Numbered from the stretch's first letter, positions 28,950 to 38,591 are shown. The stretch: 64,000 nt of DNA from a virus (IMGVR_UViG_2908567220_000002:1-64000); one strand, 5' to 3'. The notes: generated by a model from the sequence alone, not told the origin. Program-made: numbers and translations.

Positions 28950-29661
28950 TTATTCAGATTTGATATGTATGGGACGTGGAGCGAATACAAAAAAGCCCGT
29001 CAGAACAGGCCTCAAAAAAAAGCCAGCTCTGGGGAGGCTGGCAGGAATGAAAAATGACTCTCGAGATTATTCATCACAAAACGGATTACTTTGCGCTGAA
29101 CAGAATGCTCCTTCATCGTATATTTCTCAACTGGAGAGACTCATTTTCAGATTTTGTTATCTGTCATATTGACAGTCCCCACTTCTCCGGGGTAGTGAAG
29201 TAAGTAGCGTTTGCTTCCTGTAAATGCCCGAGGGTTATCCATGATCTCTTGTATAAGGCATTCCTCAGTGGACTAATTTCGGAGTTATCATCCCGTTCAA
29301 TTTCATCCAGGATCCCCTACTAAATAAGTTCACCATTCTTCAGGTGGCAGTTTCTTTCAGCCAACCGTGCACTCAACAGCACATTCTTGTCGGACTCAGA
29401 ATAACTCCTGCAAATGCAACAATGATGGCCGTCGCCCCAATAACCTTGTGCTGCCCGCATCCGTAAAAAGCGAAGGCCCCAAATTACCAGAATAAAACCG
29501 AGCAGATATCCGACCTTCGTTACCGCATGGACTTCATTGTCTCATACACCAGGATCAGCGAATTGCAAAGGATGAAGCACGCCCCATGAAGATTCTCCCA
29601 AAAACTATAATTGTAAAAACCAAAGTAGTGGAAGCGAGCACTTGTAACCCCGAACTTTGAA

Positions 29662-29688
29662 TAAAAAAAAACCGCCTGGAGCGGCGGT
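29662..29688 (-). terminator. Rho-independent terminator downstream of the tRNA genes
   Basis: Stem ACCGCC/GGCGGT with 6-nt loop followed on the - strand by T9. Confidence 0.6.
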
Positions 29689-30041
29689 TAATGGCATATA
29701 AAAACGCATGATTTAATTGTATTCAGAAGTGTCGGGTGCCTCCCGAAGCATCCAGCCCCACAAGGATACTGTGGTTTCCCGCTAAACCGACTCTTTAAAC
29801 CACCCTCGCACTGAGGAACACCTCTGTAGTGTTTTTACAACACCGGGATAGTGCATCATCAGCCCTGCCAGGAAATACTAAATCTCCACCGATAATGCAC
29901 CATTCCATTGGTGTAAAAAATCAGCACTGAGGCTATAACCGATCTTAAACCATAGCCTGAGGACCAAAGATGTCTTAAAACAACCTGCCCCCACGTAAAA
30001 AAACACGCCAGTGCTGTATAATTCGTGTTGCCAGAATAATG

Positions 30042-30116
<75 letters not shown>

Positions 30117-30119
30117 CAT

Positions 30120-30195
<76 letters not shown>

Positions 30196-30362
30196 CATTG
30201 GTTCCTCAGGTGTGGATGAGATGCCCGGATACATAAATTACCCTCCCTTGGAACCGACGAAGAATAATAATGAATTCCGCTCCTGTTTCAATACAAACAA
30301 TGTCAGGTATTTAAAACATAATTATACAATATTATAAAAATTAAAAAGTTCGCAAAAAAAAG

Positions 30363-31409
30363 CTAACTATTGTTTCTTATTTCATCAAACGTTTGATTAA
30401 ACCTGTCCGTTTCCAGCTCTACACCAATAGCTCTACGTTCCAGAGAGAGCGCAGCCTTTATAGTCGCCCCCGATCCCATAAAAAAGTCTGCAACCAGTTC
30501 CCCCGGACGACTGCTGGCTGTAATTATCTGCCGCAACATATCTGCTGGCTTCTCACACGGATGTTTACCCGGATAATACTGCACAGGTTTGTGCGTCCAG
30601 ACATCCGTATAAGGAACGGCAGCCGATACGGAAAAATAACGCCGCAAAGATTTATACTCTTCCAGCAGGCTGACATATTGCCGGTTCAGTTCGCTGTATG
30701 TGCTGACCAGATGGTGGTGTGGCTTTTCCAGTTCTCCGCGTTGATGTTTTTCTGCTGCAACACGCGCAAACAACGCCTGCAGCTTTCTGTAATCAGCTTC
30801 GTTCGGTAACTGCCACTGGCTGGCACCAAACCAGTGCGAAGCCATGTTTTTCTTTCCGGTGGCTTCCGCTATCTGTTTCGGCGTAATCCCCAGTGATTCA
30901 CGCGCATCACGAAAGTAAGAAATCAGCGGAGCCATGACATGCTGTTTAAGCTCGCGCCCCTTTGCCACATAGCCATCATTTTTTGGCCGATATGGCCCCT
31001 GGTAATGTTCAGCAAACAGTATGTGCTCTGTTGCCGGGAAATATGCCCTCAGGCTTTCCTTCCTGCACCCGTTCCAGCGTCCGGACGGCTTCGCCCAGAT
31101 GATATGGTTAAGCACGTTGAAACGTTCACGCAACATGATCTCGATATCAGATGCCAGACGATGCCCACAGAACAGGTAAAGACTTCCGGCGGGCTTCAGT
31201 ACCCGCCAGAACTGCGCCAGACACTGGTCCAGCCATTTCAGGTAATCATCGTCGCCCTCCCACTGGTTATCCCAGCCCTCGGGCTTCACTTTAAAGTATG
31301 GCGGGTCTGTGACTATCAGATCGACAGAATTTTCCGGTAAGGTCTGGATAAATTCCAGGCAATCAGCGTTGATTAACTCACAACTGGATATTTTTACAGT
31401 ATTGGCCAT
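30363..31409 (-). CDS. DNA N6-adenine methyltransferase (orphan, phage-borne)
   Basis: 348 aa; DPPY motif (VTDPPYFK) and C-terminal AdoMet-binding FMGSGAT motif. Confidence 0.75.
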   Translation of the reverse strand: MANTVKISSCELINADCLEFIQTLPENSVDLIVTDPPYFKVKPEGWDNQWEGDDDYLKWLDQCLAQFWRVLKPAGSLYLFCGHRLASDIEIMLRERFNVLNHIIWAKPSGRWNGCRKESLRAYFPATEHILFAEHYQGPYRPKNDGYVAKGRELKQHVMAPLISYFRDARESLGITPKQIAEATGKKNMASHWFGASQWQLPNEADYRKLQALFARVAAEKHQRGELEKPHHHLVSTYSELNRQYVSLLEEYKSLRRYFSVSAAVPYTDVWTHKPVQYYPGKHPCEKPADMLRQIITASSRPGELVADFFMGSGATIKAALSLERRAIGVELETDRFNQTFDEIRNNS

Positions 31410-31559
31410 AGATCAATAAGCACTTCTCTGATAGGCTCATACCGCTTTTGCGCAAAGCAGATGGGCCTGAGGTTTGCTTGTGACCCCAACGCATGAGCAG
31501 ATGGCTGGCAGGTGCCGCTAACACCCACCAGCCGCCCATTACCACAAATTAAAAAACCT

Positions 31560-31757
31560 TCACTGAGGAAGGCGTCTGTAACAACCGAACTGATAATCTG
31601 CCAGACCCGCCATAACAAGCTGAGTCAGTATTAACTGGCAGCGTTCGCGTGAAAGGTAAGTATTCTGCGCAATTTCCCCGACGGTCGCCGGTTCGGTGAC
31701 GCTTAATTCATTAAACACCACTCTGGCGGTTTCGGTCATATCCTGCTGTTTTAGCAT
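31560..31757 (-). CDS. Small hypothetical protein, possibly winged-helix DNA binding
   Basis: ORF 31560-31880; probable start MLKQQDMTETARV. Confidence 0.35.
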   Translation of the reverse strand: MLKQQDMTETARVVFNELSVTEPATVGEIAQNTYLSRERCQLILTQLVMAGLADYQFGCYRRLPQ

Positions 31758-31880
31758 GCCTTTTTCCCTTTTCTGGTTAACGTGACATACCAATACCTCT
31801 TGTCGAAAAAGCCAGCAAGCTGAAAGACCAGTATTCACAACTACCAGCGAGTTTAATGTTCTGTGCCGTTTTTCAGGCAT

Positions 31881-31910
31881 AAAAAAACCCGCATAAAGCG
31901 GGTTCTTTCA
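31881..31910 (-). terminator. Rho-independent (bidirectional-looking) terminator ending the ATPase/Toprim cassette
   Basis: AAAAAAACCCGC-ATAAA-GCGGGTTCTTTC; on the - strand the stem is followed by T7. Confidence 0.6.
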
Positions 31911-32039
31911 GGTGTCCATGTCTGCTATTCGCCTCGCGGTACAGCTTTGCGAAGCGTAGCTGGATTGAAACAGTTTATTGGCAAAAAATCAAGACATTTT
32001 ACAAACAAAAACAATCAACTGAACAAAAAAGAAAATAAA

Positions 32040-32573
32040 TCATCTTGTTAACCTGAAATGTTTAGAAAAAGATGACTTAAAACTTGCAACAGGCTCCAAT
32101 ACAGCATGTAAATCTCTTGTAAACCACTTAGTTTCCTGCATGCCCATTTTCAGTAACTTTGAAAGTTGATTGTTACAAGCAATAAAATCTCTCTTGAAAT
32201 CATTTATACCCGATGTTTTTTTTGCACAGAACCCAGCAATTAGTTTTTTTACAGGAATTCCGCAACACCAGGCCAACTCCTCCTCAAAATTTCTTTTCTG
32301 CTGCAAAAGATAAACTTTATGCCCTCTGTTTTTAAGGAACTTTACATTTTCAATGAATCTTGCAGATTGCTCCACTTCATCACTATCAAAGACAATTAGT
32401 ATATCACTTCCCTTCGGAATAGTAATCGCATAATTTCTTATGCTCTCTTGCCAAAAGTTTCTTTTTACAATTGATTTGGCATCAATAACTCTCTGTTGTT
32501 TCATCTTCTGAAAAAGAGAGTTTTCTGTTTCACCTTCGACAAAAATTATTCTTATTTTAGACAACCCCGCCAT
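32040..32573 (-). CDS. Small Toprim-like protein (RloB/AbiLii-like or DUF4276/DUF4435-like), predicted nuclease partner of the upstream ATPase
   Basis: 177 aa; N-terminal IIFVEGETE and downstream IVFDSDE resemble the Toprim Glu and DxD motifs; start overlaps the ATPase stop (TGATG); AT-rich. Confidence 0.6.
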   Translation of the reverse strand: MAGLSKIRIIFVEGETENSLFQKMKQQRVIDAKSIVKRNFWQESIRNYAITIPKGSDILIVFDSDEVEQSARFIENVKFLKNRGHKVYLLQQKRNFEEELAWCCGIPVKKLIAGFCAKKTSGINDFKRDFIACNNQLSKLLKMGMQETKWFTRDLHAVLEPVASFKSSFSKHFRLTR

Positions 32574-33763
32574 CAGAGTAGCTCCGATACTAATGATGTG
32601 TCAGGTAAGACACCAAAGACATCTCTCTCAACAGCGTTTCGCATGCTACGGTCATTTTTTTTAACAACTGAATTTGCTTCAACAAACTCCGAATAGTCTT
32701 TCGTTTTTTTAATAAAAATGAACGAGTGAACAGGCAGATCCAACTCAAAAATATCCATGTTATGTGTTGTATAGAAAAACTGAGTATTTTCTTTCAAATT
32801 AGATATAATCAGCGCCACAATCATACGCTCTAACTCTGAATGTGTATAAGCCAATTTCTCGTCAAGAAAATAAGTCATTGATGGTATTAGAGATTGCTTA
32901 CCTAGTCTTTCACAATCAGAGATAATAGCGCTTATAAAATGCGCTACCGTCACTGCCTCGTATGTTCCTCGAGAAAGACGGTCTGAGTTAATTATTTCAC
33001 CTTTACTGGTAACGACAAGAGAATCAGAGTTTTTAAATTTAATCAGATAAACCGCAGATGATTTATTTTCATCCCCGTCACTTTCAGACTCCAGCATCTC
33101 GGTAACTCCTATAATACTTGAATCGAAAGTGCGAATTATCCTTTCAAGAATATTTTTATTCATTCCTGAAATTGCAGTGGTACTCTCTTTAGTTTCAGAC
33201 AACAAATAGTACCATCCACCAAAAAACTTAAGTTGCTTGAAAAACTCCAATACAACTGGTTCGCTATCAGTAGCTAGTTCCTGAAAAAAATATTCTGTAT
33301 CTCCTGGGGCCCTTCCAGAAAAGAGTTGATTCAGTTTTTCTGTGGTTTTATAGCAAGAATCATTTAATGCTATTTGAACAAAACCATATTTAATTTCTTT
33401 GATTATGTGCGCTCCGCCTTCACTGGTAGCAAAGCGTACATACAAACGATGATGAAAATGTTCCTCCGTAGCAAAGTCCACTTCAAACGAAGCATCATTA
33501 TTTTTATTATTCACTCGCAGATTACTCCGCAACTCTTTGGTTCTTAGAAACACCTGAATTCCACAAAGAATTCGCCCTAGTGACGTCTTACCTGAAGCAT
33601 TCCCCCCCGTTATGATACAGACTTTTTTATAGTAAAATTTAGGCCGTCCAGCCAAAAACTCCCCATCAAGAGGCATGTTTACAGGTTTCCTTGGATAGGA
33701 CAGGTTAAGCTCTGCATCCTCAAAAGCGTACAAATTGATAAATCTCAATCGTGTAAATATCAT
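32573..33763 (-). CDS. ABC-type/AAA ATPase (AAA_15/AAA_21-like; RloA/AbiLi/AriA/OLD-like)
   Basis: ORF 32573-33853; probable start MIFTRLRFINLYAFEDAELNL at 33763 with GGAAG RBS; Walker A GGNASGKTS, Walker B-like TYFLDE, H-loop-like YTTHN. Confidence 0.7.
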   Translation of the reverse strand: MIFTRLRFINLYAFEDAELNLSYPRKPVNMPLDGEFLAGRPKFYYKKVCIITGGNASGKTSLGRILCGIQVFLRTKELRSNLRVNNKNNDASFEVDFATEEHFHHRLYVRFATSEGGAHIIKEIKYGFVQIALNDSCYKTTEKLNQLFSGRAPGDTEYFFQELATDSEPVVLEFFKQLKFFGGWYYLLSETKESTTAISGMNKNILERIIRTFDSSIIGVTEMLESESDGDENKSSAVYLIKFKNSDSLVVTSKGEIINSDRLSRGTYEAVTVAHFISAIISDCERLGKQSLIPSMTYFLDEKLAYTHSELERMIVALIISNLKENTQFFYTTHNMDIFELDLPVHSFIFIKKTKDYSEFVEANSVVKKNDRSMRNAVERDVFGVLPDTSLVSELL

Positions 33764-33852
33764 TCTTATCTTCCATATGTTGGAACTTAACGTAAGTATT
33801 GTCCAGACCTTGATGAACGTCAACAAGATTGATAGCTGATGCACTTCTATCA

Positions 33853-34410
33853 TCAGTTATCAGAAAAGCACCGAAGTGCCACGCACATTGGAAGGAAAAG
33901 CATGGTTTCAGCCATCGCCAACCAAACATCAATGCGATTTCTACAAGTTTTCAGGCTCCAGTCAGGGTGATTCTTTTTTAACTGTTCTGCCATTTTCAGC
34001 TTGCTCATTCCCAGCCCTTCATATCTTTGTCGGAGGATACAAATCAATCCCGGATGCTCTGCCAACACTTCACTAATTACCCGATCGATACATAACGCCT
34101 CGGCATCAGTACAATAAGCCAGCCCGCTCTTTTGCTTGCTGTTGATCATCTCACGCAAAAACGCTTCCAGCTCAGTTTTATCAATCCCTGATTTTTTTAT
34201 TCTGCGCAGAGCTTCATTGATCGCAGTTTTTGTAAGTGTTTTGGATGCCAGCAACTGATTGAACATATTTCCTGGTTTGCCACCACCTATGTACGACCAA
34301 CGCCCCCACATCCGTAATTTCCCCTGGATCCAGACGGCTTCCAGCGTTTTTAGACGTAAATGCTCGCCGCTTTTGCCTGTAATTTCCGGGTATATCATAT
34401 TTACGATCAC
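33853..34410 (-). CDS. Putative late-gene antiterminator Q-like protein (phage 21/82-type); identification tentative
   Basis: 185 aa directly downstream of rusA (canonical Q position); RMWGRW motif resembles the WGxW motif recalled for 21-type Q. Confidence 0.45.
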   Translation of the reverse strand: MIVNMIYPEITGKSGEHLRLKTLEAVWIQGKLRMWGRWSYIGGGKPGNMFNQLLASKTLTKTAINEALRRIKKSGIDKTELEAFLREMINSKQKSGLAYCTDAEALCIDRVISEVLAEHPGLICILRQRYEGLGMSKLKMAEQLKKNHPDWSLKTCRNRIDVWLAMAETMLFLPMCVALRCFSDN

Positions 34411-34416
34411 TCACTC

Positions 34417-34767
34417 TCAATTTTGTAAATCTTCACGCCCAGCCGCCCCCCCAGGAACGCGCTGACCGCGCACAATATTGATTTCATCAAACTGCTCGTC
34501 GTCTATGAGAAGTCCGGCATGCGTCAGCGCATCCAGTGGTGCTTTCAGAATATTGTCCAGGTCACAACGGCGCTTATCCGGTGGCTCTGCAATAATCTTT
34601 ATCGCCAGCCTTCCGGACAGGTTTAATTTCAGTCGCTGCTGGCGAACAATTAGCGCCACATCACGGCGATAACGCTCACCGGCTTTTGAAACAAAATATG
34701 TGCTGCCACGACGTCGCCAGTAGGTATTCACCGTCGGCGGGTAAGGCAAAACAAACTCTATACGCAT
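34417..34767 (-). CDS. rusA: Holliday junction resolvase RusA
   Basis: 116 aa; motifs LPYPPTVNTYW, RRCDLDN and DALTHAGLLIDD match the RusA signature as recalled. Confidence 0.8.
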   Translation of the reverse strand: MRIEFVLPYPPTVNTYWRRRGSTYFVSKAGERYRRDVALIVRQQRLKLNLSGRLAIKIIAEPPDKRRCDLDNILKAPLDALTHAGLLIDDEQFDEINIVRGQRVPGGAAGREDLQN

Positions 34768-34779
34768 CAGTAACCTCTT

Positions 34780-35829
34780 TTACCCGAGCACGCCGGTTGC
34801 AAAGGCGTGATCAAGAAAACGAAAAATTAAATCAACCTGAGAACCATGCTTTTCTTCGAACGCCAGCGGATCCGCATGAAGTTCGTTGTGATGCTCCCGG
34901 CACAGCGGTAGCGTGAAAATATCGTGAGCTTTTGTCCCCATTCCGCCCTGAGCATGACCAATCAGGTGATGGGGATCATCAGCTGGCTTACCACAGCACG
35001 AACACGGCTGTGTCTTTACCCAGCGTGTGTATTTCTCATTGACCCAACGGCGACGTTTAGGTCGTTTCATGAAAGATTCTGGAGACTCCGGATCAACAGT
35101 GATGCTGACCACCGTCTTTTTGTGAGGCGGGTTTTGTTGCTGGTAGGCGTGGCGCAGCGGCACAATATTTTTTGTGCGCTGCTTCAGTATGCTGGTGGCG
35201 CTCTGCTCTCCCGGTACGATGTCACTTTCGCGATACACCGAGTGGATTTTTTCCGCACGTAACCCCAGAGAACGACGTAATACTGCTTCCGGTAGCGCGT
35301 CCGCCACCTGATTGCAGACCGCCCACCAGGATAATTCAGCCAAAGATAATTCACGCTCCTGCGTACCGCTTATTGCGTGACCGATGACGTCAATCATCCA
35401 TGCTGACAGGTTTTGATGAGCAAGTTGCTCGAGTGATTCGGATGTCTGGTCACGCAGCTGGTTGTCGCAGTGCCAGCACAACACCATTGCGCCGGTACCA
35501 TAACGGTGAATGACGGTTTCGCTGTGATGATAATCGCCGTGTGGCCACTGGCAGGATTTAATATGGCGCAACAGCCAGTCAGACAATGCACCAGCACCAC
35601 CAGCAGCACGAATCACCCGTGCGTTACTGAAAAACGGCAGCAATGTTTTGTCTTCCACCAGCGGCTGGCGAGCGGCGGGAACAACCCCGGACGGCAGATT
35701 ACGCATGCTTTTCGGTTCCGGCTCCACCAGTACCCGGGTATTGTGGAATACCGGCATGGATTCACGGCCCGGCTTAACGATCACCAGCCCGAGTTCCGGT
35801 ACCAGAACAGGTCGAAGTAATACCCGCAC
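34780..35829 (-). CDS. ydfU: DUF968-family protein (YdfU-like) with C-terminal HNH-like Cys/His motifs
   Basis: 349 aa; C-terminal CSCCGKPADDPHHL...CREHHNELH; same position as ydfU in Qin as recalled. Confidence 0.65.
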   Translation of the reverse strand: MRVLLRPVLVPELGLVIVKPGRESMPVFHNTRVLVEPEPKSMRNLPSGVVPAARQPLVEDKTLLPFFSNARVIRAAGGAGALSDWLLRHIKSCQWPHGDYHHSETVIHRYGTGAMVLCWHCDNQLRDQTSESLEQLAHQNLSAWMIDVIGHAISGTQERELSLAELSWWAVCNQVADALPEAVLRRSLGLRAEKIHSVYRESDIVPGEQSATSILKQRTKNIVPLRHAYQQQNPPHKKTVVSITVDPESPESFMKRPKRRRWVNEKYTRWVKTQPCSCCGKPADDPHHLIGHAQGGMGTKAHDIFTLPLCREHHNELHADPLAFEEKHGSQVDLIFRFLDHAFATGVLG

Positions 35830-35830
35830 G

Positions 35831-36103
35831 TTACCTCCAGATGCGTTGCTGGAATGTGCGGGACGGACGCGGTGGGCGTTCGGAGTAAGGAAGCCTGACG
35901 GAGATTATCCAGTGACGATAATCGAGGCTGAGGGCTTTCTTAATCTCGTATCCGTGTCTGCGGTAGCACTGAATTAGCCACTCGACCTGTTCTTCAGTAC
36001 ATGGTGGGTGTTGGTACCAGTCGGTTTTAAATGCGTGTGAACGCCGCCCATGCCGGATGGCAAGGTCGGTATCAGAATTGTGAAATTTGGTTTTGTGCGC
36101 CAT
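35831..36103 (-). CDS. Hypothetical phage protein
   Basis: 90-aa ORF between the hok locus and the ydfU-like gene. Confidence 0.4.
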   Translation of the reverse strand: MAHKTKFHNSDTDLAIRHGRRSHAFKTDWYQHPPCTEEQVEWLIQCYRRHGYEIKKALSLDYRHWIISVRLPYSERPPRPSRTFQQRIWR

Positions 36104-36270
36104 CTGTTTTCTCTGCTGGCGCAGCAGGTGTCAGGTGTTCAGGCTGACGTGCGAATTGTAAACCAGAATGCCAGGAAAAAACAAAACCCGCCGAAGCGGG
36201 TTAAGTGCGGGTGCGTTGAGGATGCCTGACTCATCAGAGGTGGCGAGGGATTTCTCCCTCGCCTGGTCTC

Positions 36271-36426
36271 TTACTCCTCAGGTTCGTAAGCTGTGAAGAC
36301 AGCGACCTCCGTCTGGCCGGTTCGGATTCGTACCTCGCAGAGGTCTTTCCTCGTTACCAGTGCCGTCATTATGACGGTTAAACAGATGACGATCAGGGCG
36401 ATTAACATCGCCTTTTGCTGCTTCAT
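36271..36426 (-). CDS. hokD: Hok-family type I toxin (HokD/RelF-like)
   Basis: MKQQKAMLIALIVICLTVIMTALVTRKDLCEVRIRTGQTEVAVFTAYEPEE, near-identical to HokD as recalled; the longer in-frame ORF to 36483 may be the mok-like frame. Confidence 0.8.
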   Translation of the reverse strand: MKQQKAMLIALIVICLTVIMTALVTRKDLCEVRIRTGQTEVAVFTAYEPEE

Positions 36427-36836
36427 AGCCTGCTTCTCCTTGCCTTTCGGCACGTAAGAGGCTAACCTAGATTTGCCGTTCATAGATTGAGCCTCAGATT
36501 AATGTATAAGCGTCTTGCAGGACGCATAATGTTAACTGGGGCTTTTCTCTATCTGCCTTTGGTGTTCATGCTTGAGGCAGATAGCCTCAAGCACCCGCAG
36601 CAATTTTACTTAACTCCCCTTTTCCCACAAATCGTTTTTATCCCTACTGGTAATGTTCTCCCGATGTGGGATTCCCACATTGGAACGAATTCAATCAGTT
36701 AAAGACTCATCAGAATCTCACCTTTCTAAGTGCCCACAGGTGAGGCATTGCAATAAAAATAGCAAACGTGTATAAAAGGAGGTAATGCATGTTTTTCCAG
36801 TCTTATCAATCCATTACTGAGAGTTAAGGGGGCGCC

Positions 36837-37631
36837 GTGGATCGGTGCGGTAATTATTTACTTAAAGATGGTCGCAGTTTAGGACAAGGGAGTTTTGGCG
36901 AAGTATTTAAGGTTGATGTCTATAACTTAACCCAGACCCACATGACCACATATGCTCGCAAATACTTTTCACCTTGCCCGGACTTTGACAAGACCGCTAT
37001 AAAAGAGTTGACTGATTTAAGACAGCGTTTTTTAGTTGAGATCAAAACACAATGCACTCTCAATAGAATAAACTATGATTCAATAGCGCCAATAGTTTTA
37101 TTTAATACAAATGGTGATAAACCTTATTTTGTTATGGAATTGGCAGAGTGTAACTTATATGAAGCCATCCGCAATGGTATGAATTACGCGGAGAGGAAGT
37201 CTGCTGTTACTCAGATTTTAAAAGGAATTATCACCATACATGAAAACAACTATATACATCGTGATTTAAAACCAGGAAACATACTTTATTATGCCGATGG
37301 AAAGTATAAAATATCTGATTTTGGTCTAGTAAAAGACAGAGATACCTTACGGGCCGAAATCAAAACAAAATTTAAGCCTAATCACATGGGCACAGATGGA
37401 TATCGAGCGCCCGAAATACATGATAGCGGTCTTTTTTCTTTTCAAAGCGACATATTTGCAGCAGGTAAAATTATCACTGATATATATCCCACAGAAAGAA
37501 GTGAAAAATTAAAAAGATTGATTGCAAAATGTTGCGCACATTGGCCTGAAGAACGATATCAAAGCACACGGGAGTTACTGGAAGATTTTTTAAAAGTGAC
37601 GGGGGAGGTAAATCATGAAGAACATAATTGA
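36837..37631 (+). CDS. Hanks-type (eukaryotic-like) serine/threonine protein kinase, kinase domain only
   Basis: GTG start with RBS TAAGGGGG; glycine loop GQGSFGEV, lysine YARK, catalytic loop HRDLKPGN, DFG, APE; AT-rich versus flanks. Confidence 0.85.
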   Translation: MDRCGNYLLKDGRSLGQGSFGEVFKVDVYNLTQTHMTTYARKYFSPCPDFDKTAIKELTDLRQRFLVEIKTQCTLNRINYDSIAPIVLFNTNGDKPYFVMELAECNLYEAIRNGMNYAERKSAVTQILKGIITIHENNYIHRDLKPGNILYYADGKYKISDFGLVKDRDTLRAEIKTKFKPNHMGTDGYRAPEIHDSGLFSFQSDIFAAGKIITDIYPTERSEKLKRLIAKCCAHWPEERYQSTRELLEDFLKVTGEVNHEEHN

Positions 37632-38331
37632 AATGGCATGTTTTAGCCTAAAACAACCCCAAAAAAAAGAAAATGAAGACTTTTATTTACCGCCATCTTT
37701 TGATAGCGATTTTAACATTGTCTTTGCAGTAGCTGATGGGGTTGGTTCCTCTGAACATTCAATGCTTGCATCTCATGCAGCCATTCGTGGCATTAGACAC
37801 ACGCTAGGCACTTCCTTTTTCTCAATTGAAAGTGCATTTCATTCAGCTAAAAAAGAAATTGACAATTTAGATATTAGCACTGCCACAACCTTAACAATTG
37901 TTCAGATCAAAAAAAATGAAGTGTTAATTGGTCATTCCGGTGATTGCCGAGTATACTTCAATAAAAACAACAAACTAAATCAGTTAACCACTGATCAAAC
38001 GAGATATCAAGAACTCCTTGATTCTGGTGAACATAAATTACGTAATTTAAGAAATCATAAAGAACGGCTATCTTCAGTCCTAACGAATGCTTTATCAAAT
38101 ACAACGGATTTGAATTTTGAGTTAATGTCTTTTCCGATTAGCCAGCTAATTTATAATGGCTATCTTCAACTCTATGCAATGACTGATGGTGCCTATAAGC
38201 ATTGGGATGTCAGACCAAGGTTTTCTGAGAAGACAATGCTCTCACCAACAGCTTTTGCGAGTAGTTTAAGAAAAAGGATTGAGAAAAACATAATGGATGA
38301 TTACACTTTTATAGGCGTAAAAGTAACCTAA
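37615..38331 (+). CDS. PP2C-family serine/threonine phosphatase
   Basis: ATG with RBS GGGGGAGG; overlaps the kinase gene by 17 nt; motifs FAVADGVGS, GHSGDCR, TDG. Confidence 0.75.
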   Translation: MKNIIEMACFSLKQPQKKENEDFYLPPSFDSDFNIVFAVADGVGSSEHSMLASHAAIRGIRHTLGTSFFSIESAFHSAKKEIDNLDISTATTLTIVQIKKNEVLIGHSGDCRVYFNKNNKLNQLTTDQTRYQELLDSGEHKLRNLRNHKERLSSVLTNALSNTTDLNFELMSFPISQLIYNGYLQLYAMTDGAYKHWDVRPRFSEKTMLSPTAFASSLRKRIEKNIMDDYTFIGVKVT

Positions 38332-38485
38332 TTTTAGATATCCAAGATATTTACTCTAATTTAACCATAGTATTCCCAACCTCTTTTTATTGGGGGTTGG
38401 GTTCATTAAAGTCACCATTTTCTATTTCTTTCCCGTTAGAGGATATATTATTTCCAGATAAAGAAAGCAACTTCTTATGCAACTT

Positions 38486-38590
38486 CATATCACGCCATGC
38501 TTCCACCGCGGTAACTCTACATAGTCCATTAACAGTTCATGCCATTCTTCAAAACTGGCGTTATATTTAGTTGAAGCAAAATCAGCCATT
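38486..38590 (-). CDS. Tiny hypothetical ORF (34 aa), coupled to the upstream acidic ORF
   Basis: MADFASTKYNASFEEWHELLMDYVELPRWKHGVI; RBS GAGGAAG; start 1 nt after the stop of the 38592-38765 ORF; below the six-frame track threshold. Confidence 0.3.
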
Positions 38591-38591
38591 T

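Noticed and set aside
28950-30041. Possible Shiga toxin (stxAB) or other toxin genes in the Q-tRNA-lysis slot
   Set aside because: No ORF of adequate length and nothing resembling the AT-rich stx A/B subunit genes; region appears non-coding or decayed
32573-33853. ATPase start at 33853 (MIEVHQL...) as given in the six-frame track
   Set aside because: The first 30 codons are hydrophobic and without RBS and would abut the Q-like stop; the Met at 33763 (MIFTRLRF...) has a GGAAG RBS and matches typical AAA/ABC ATPase N-termini
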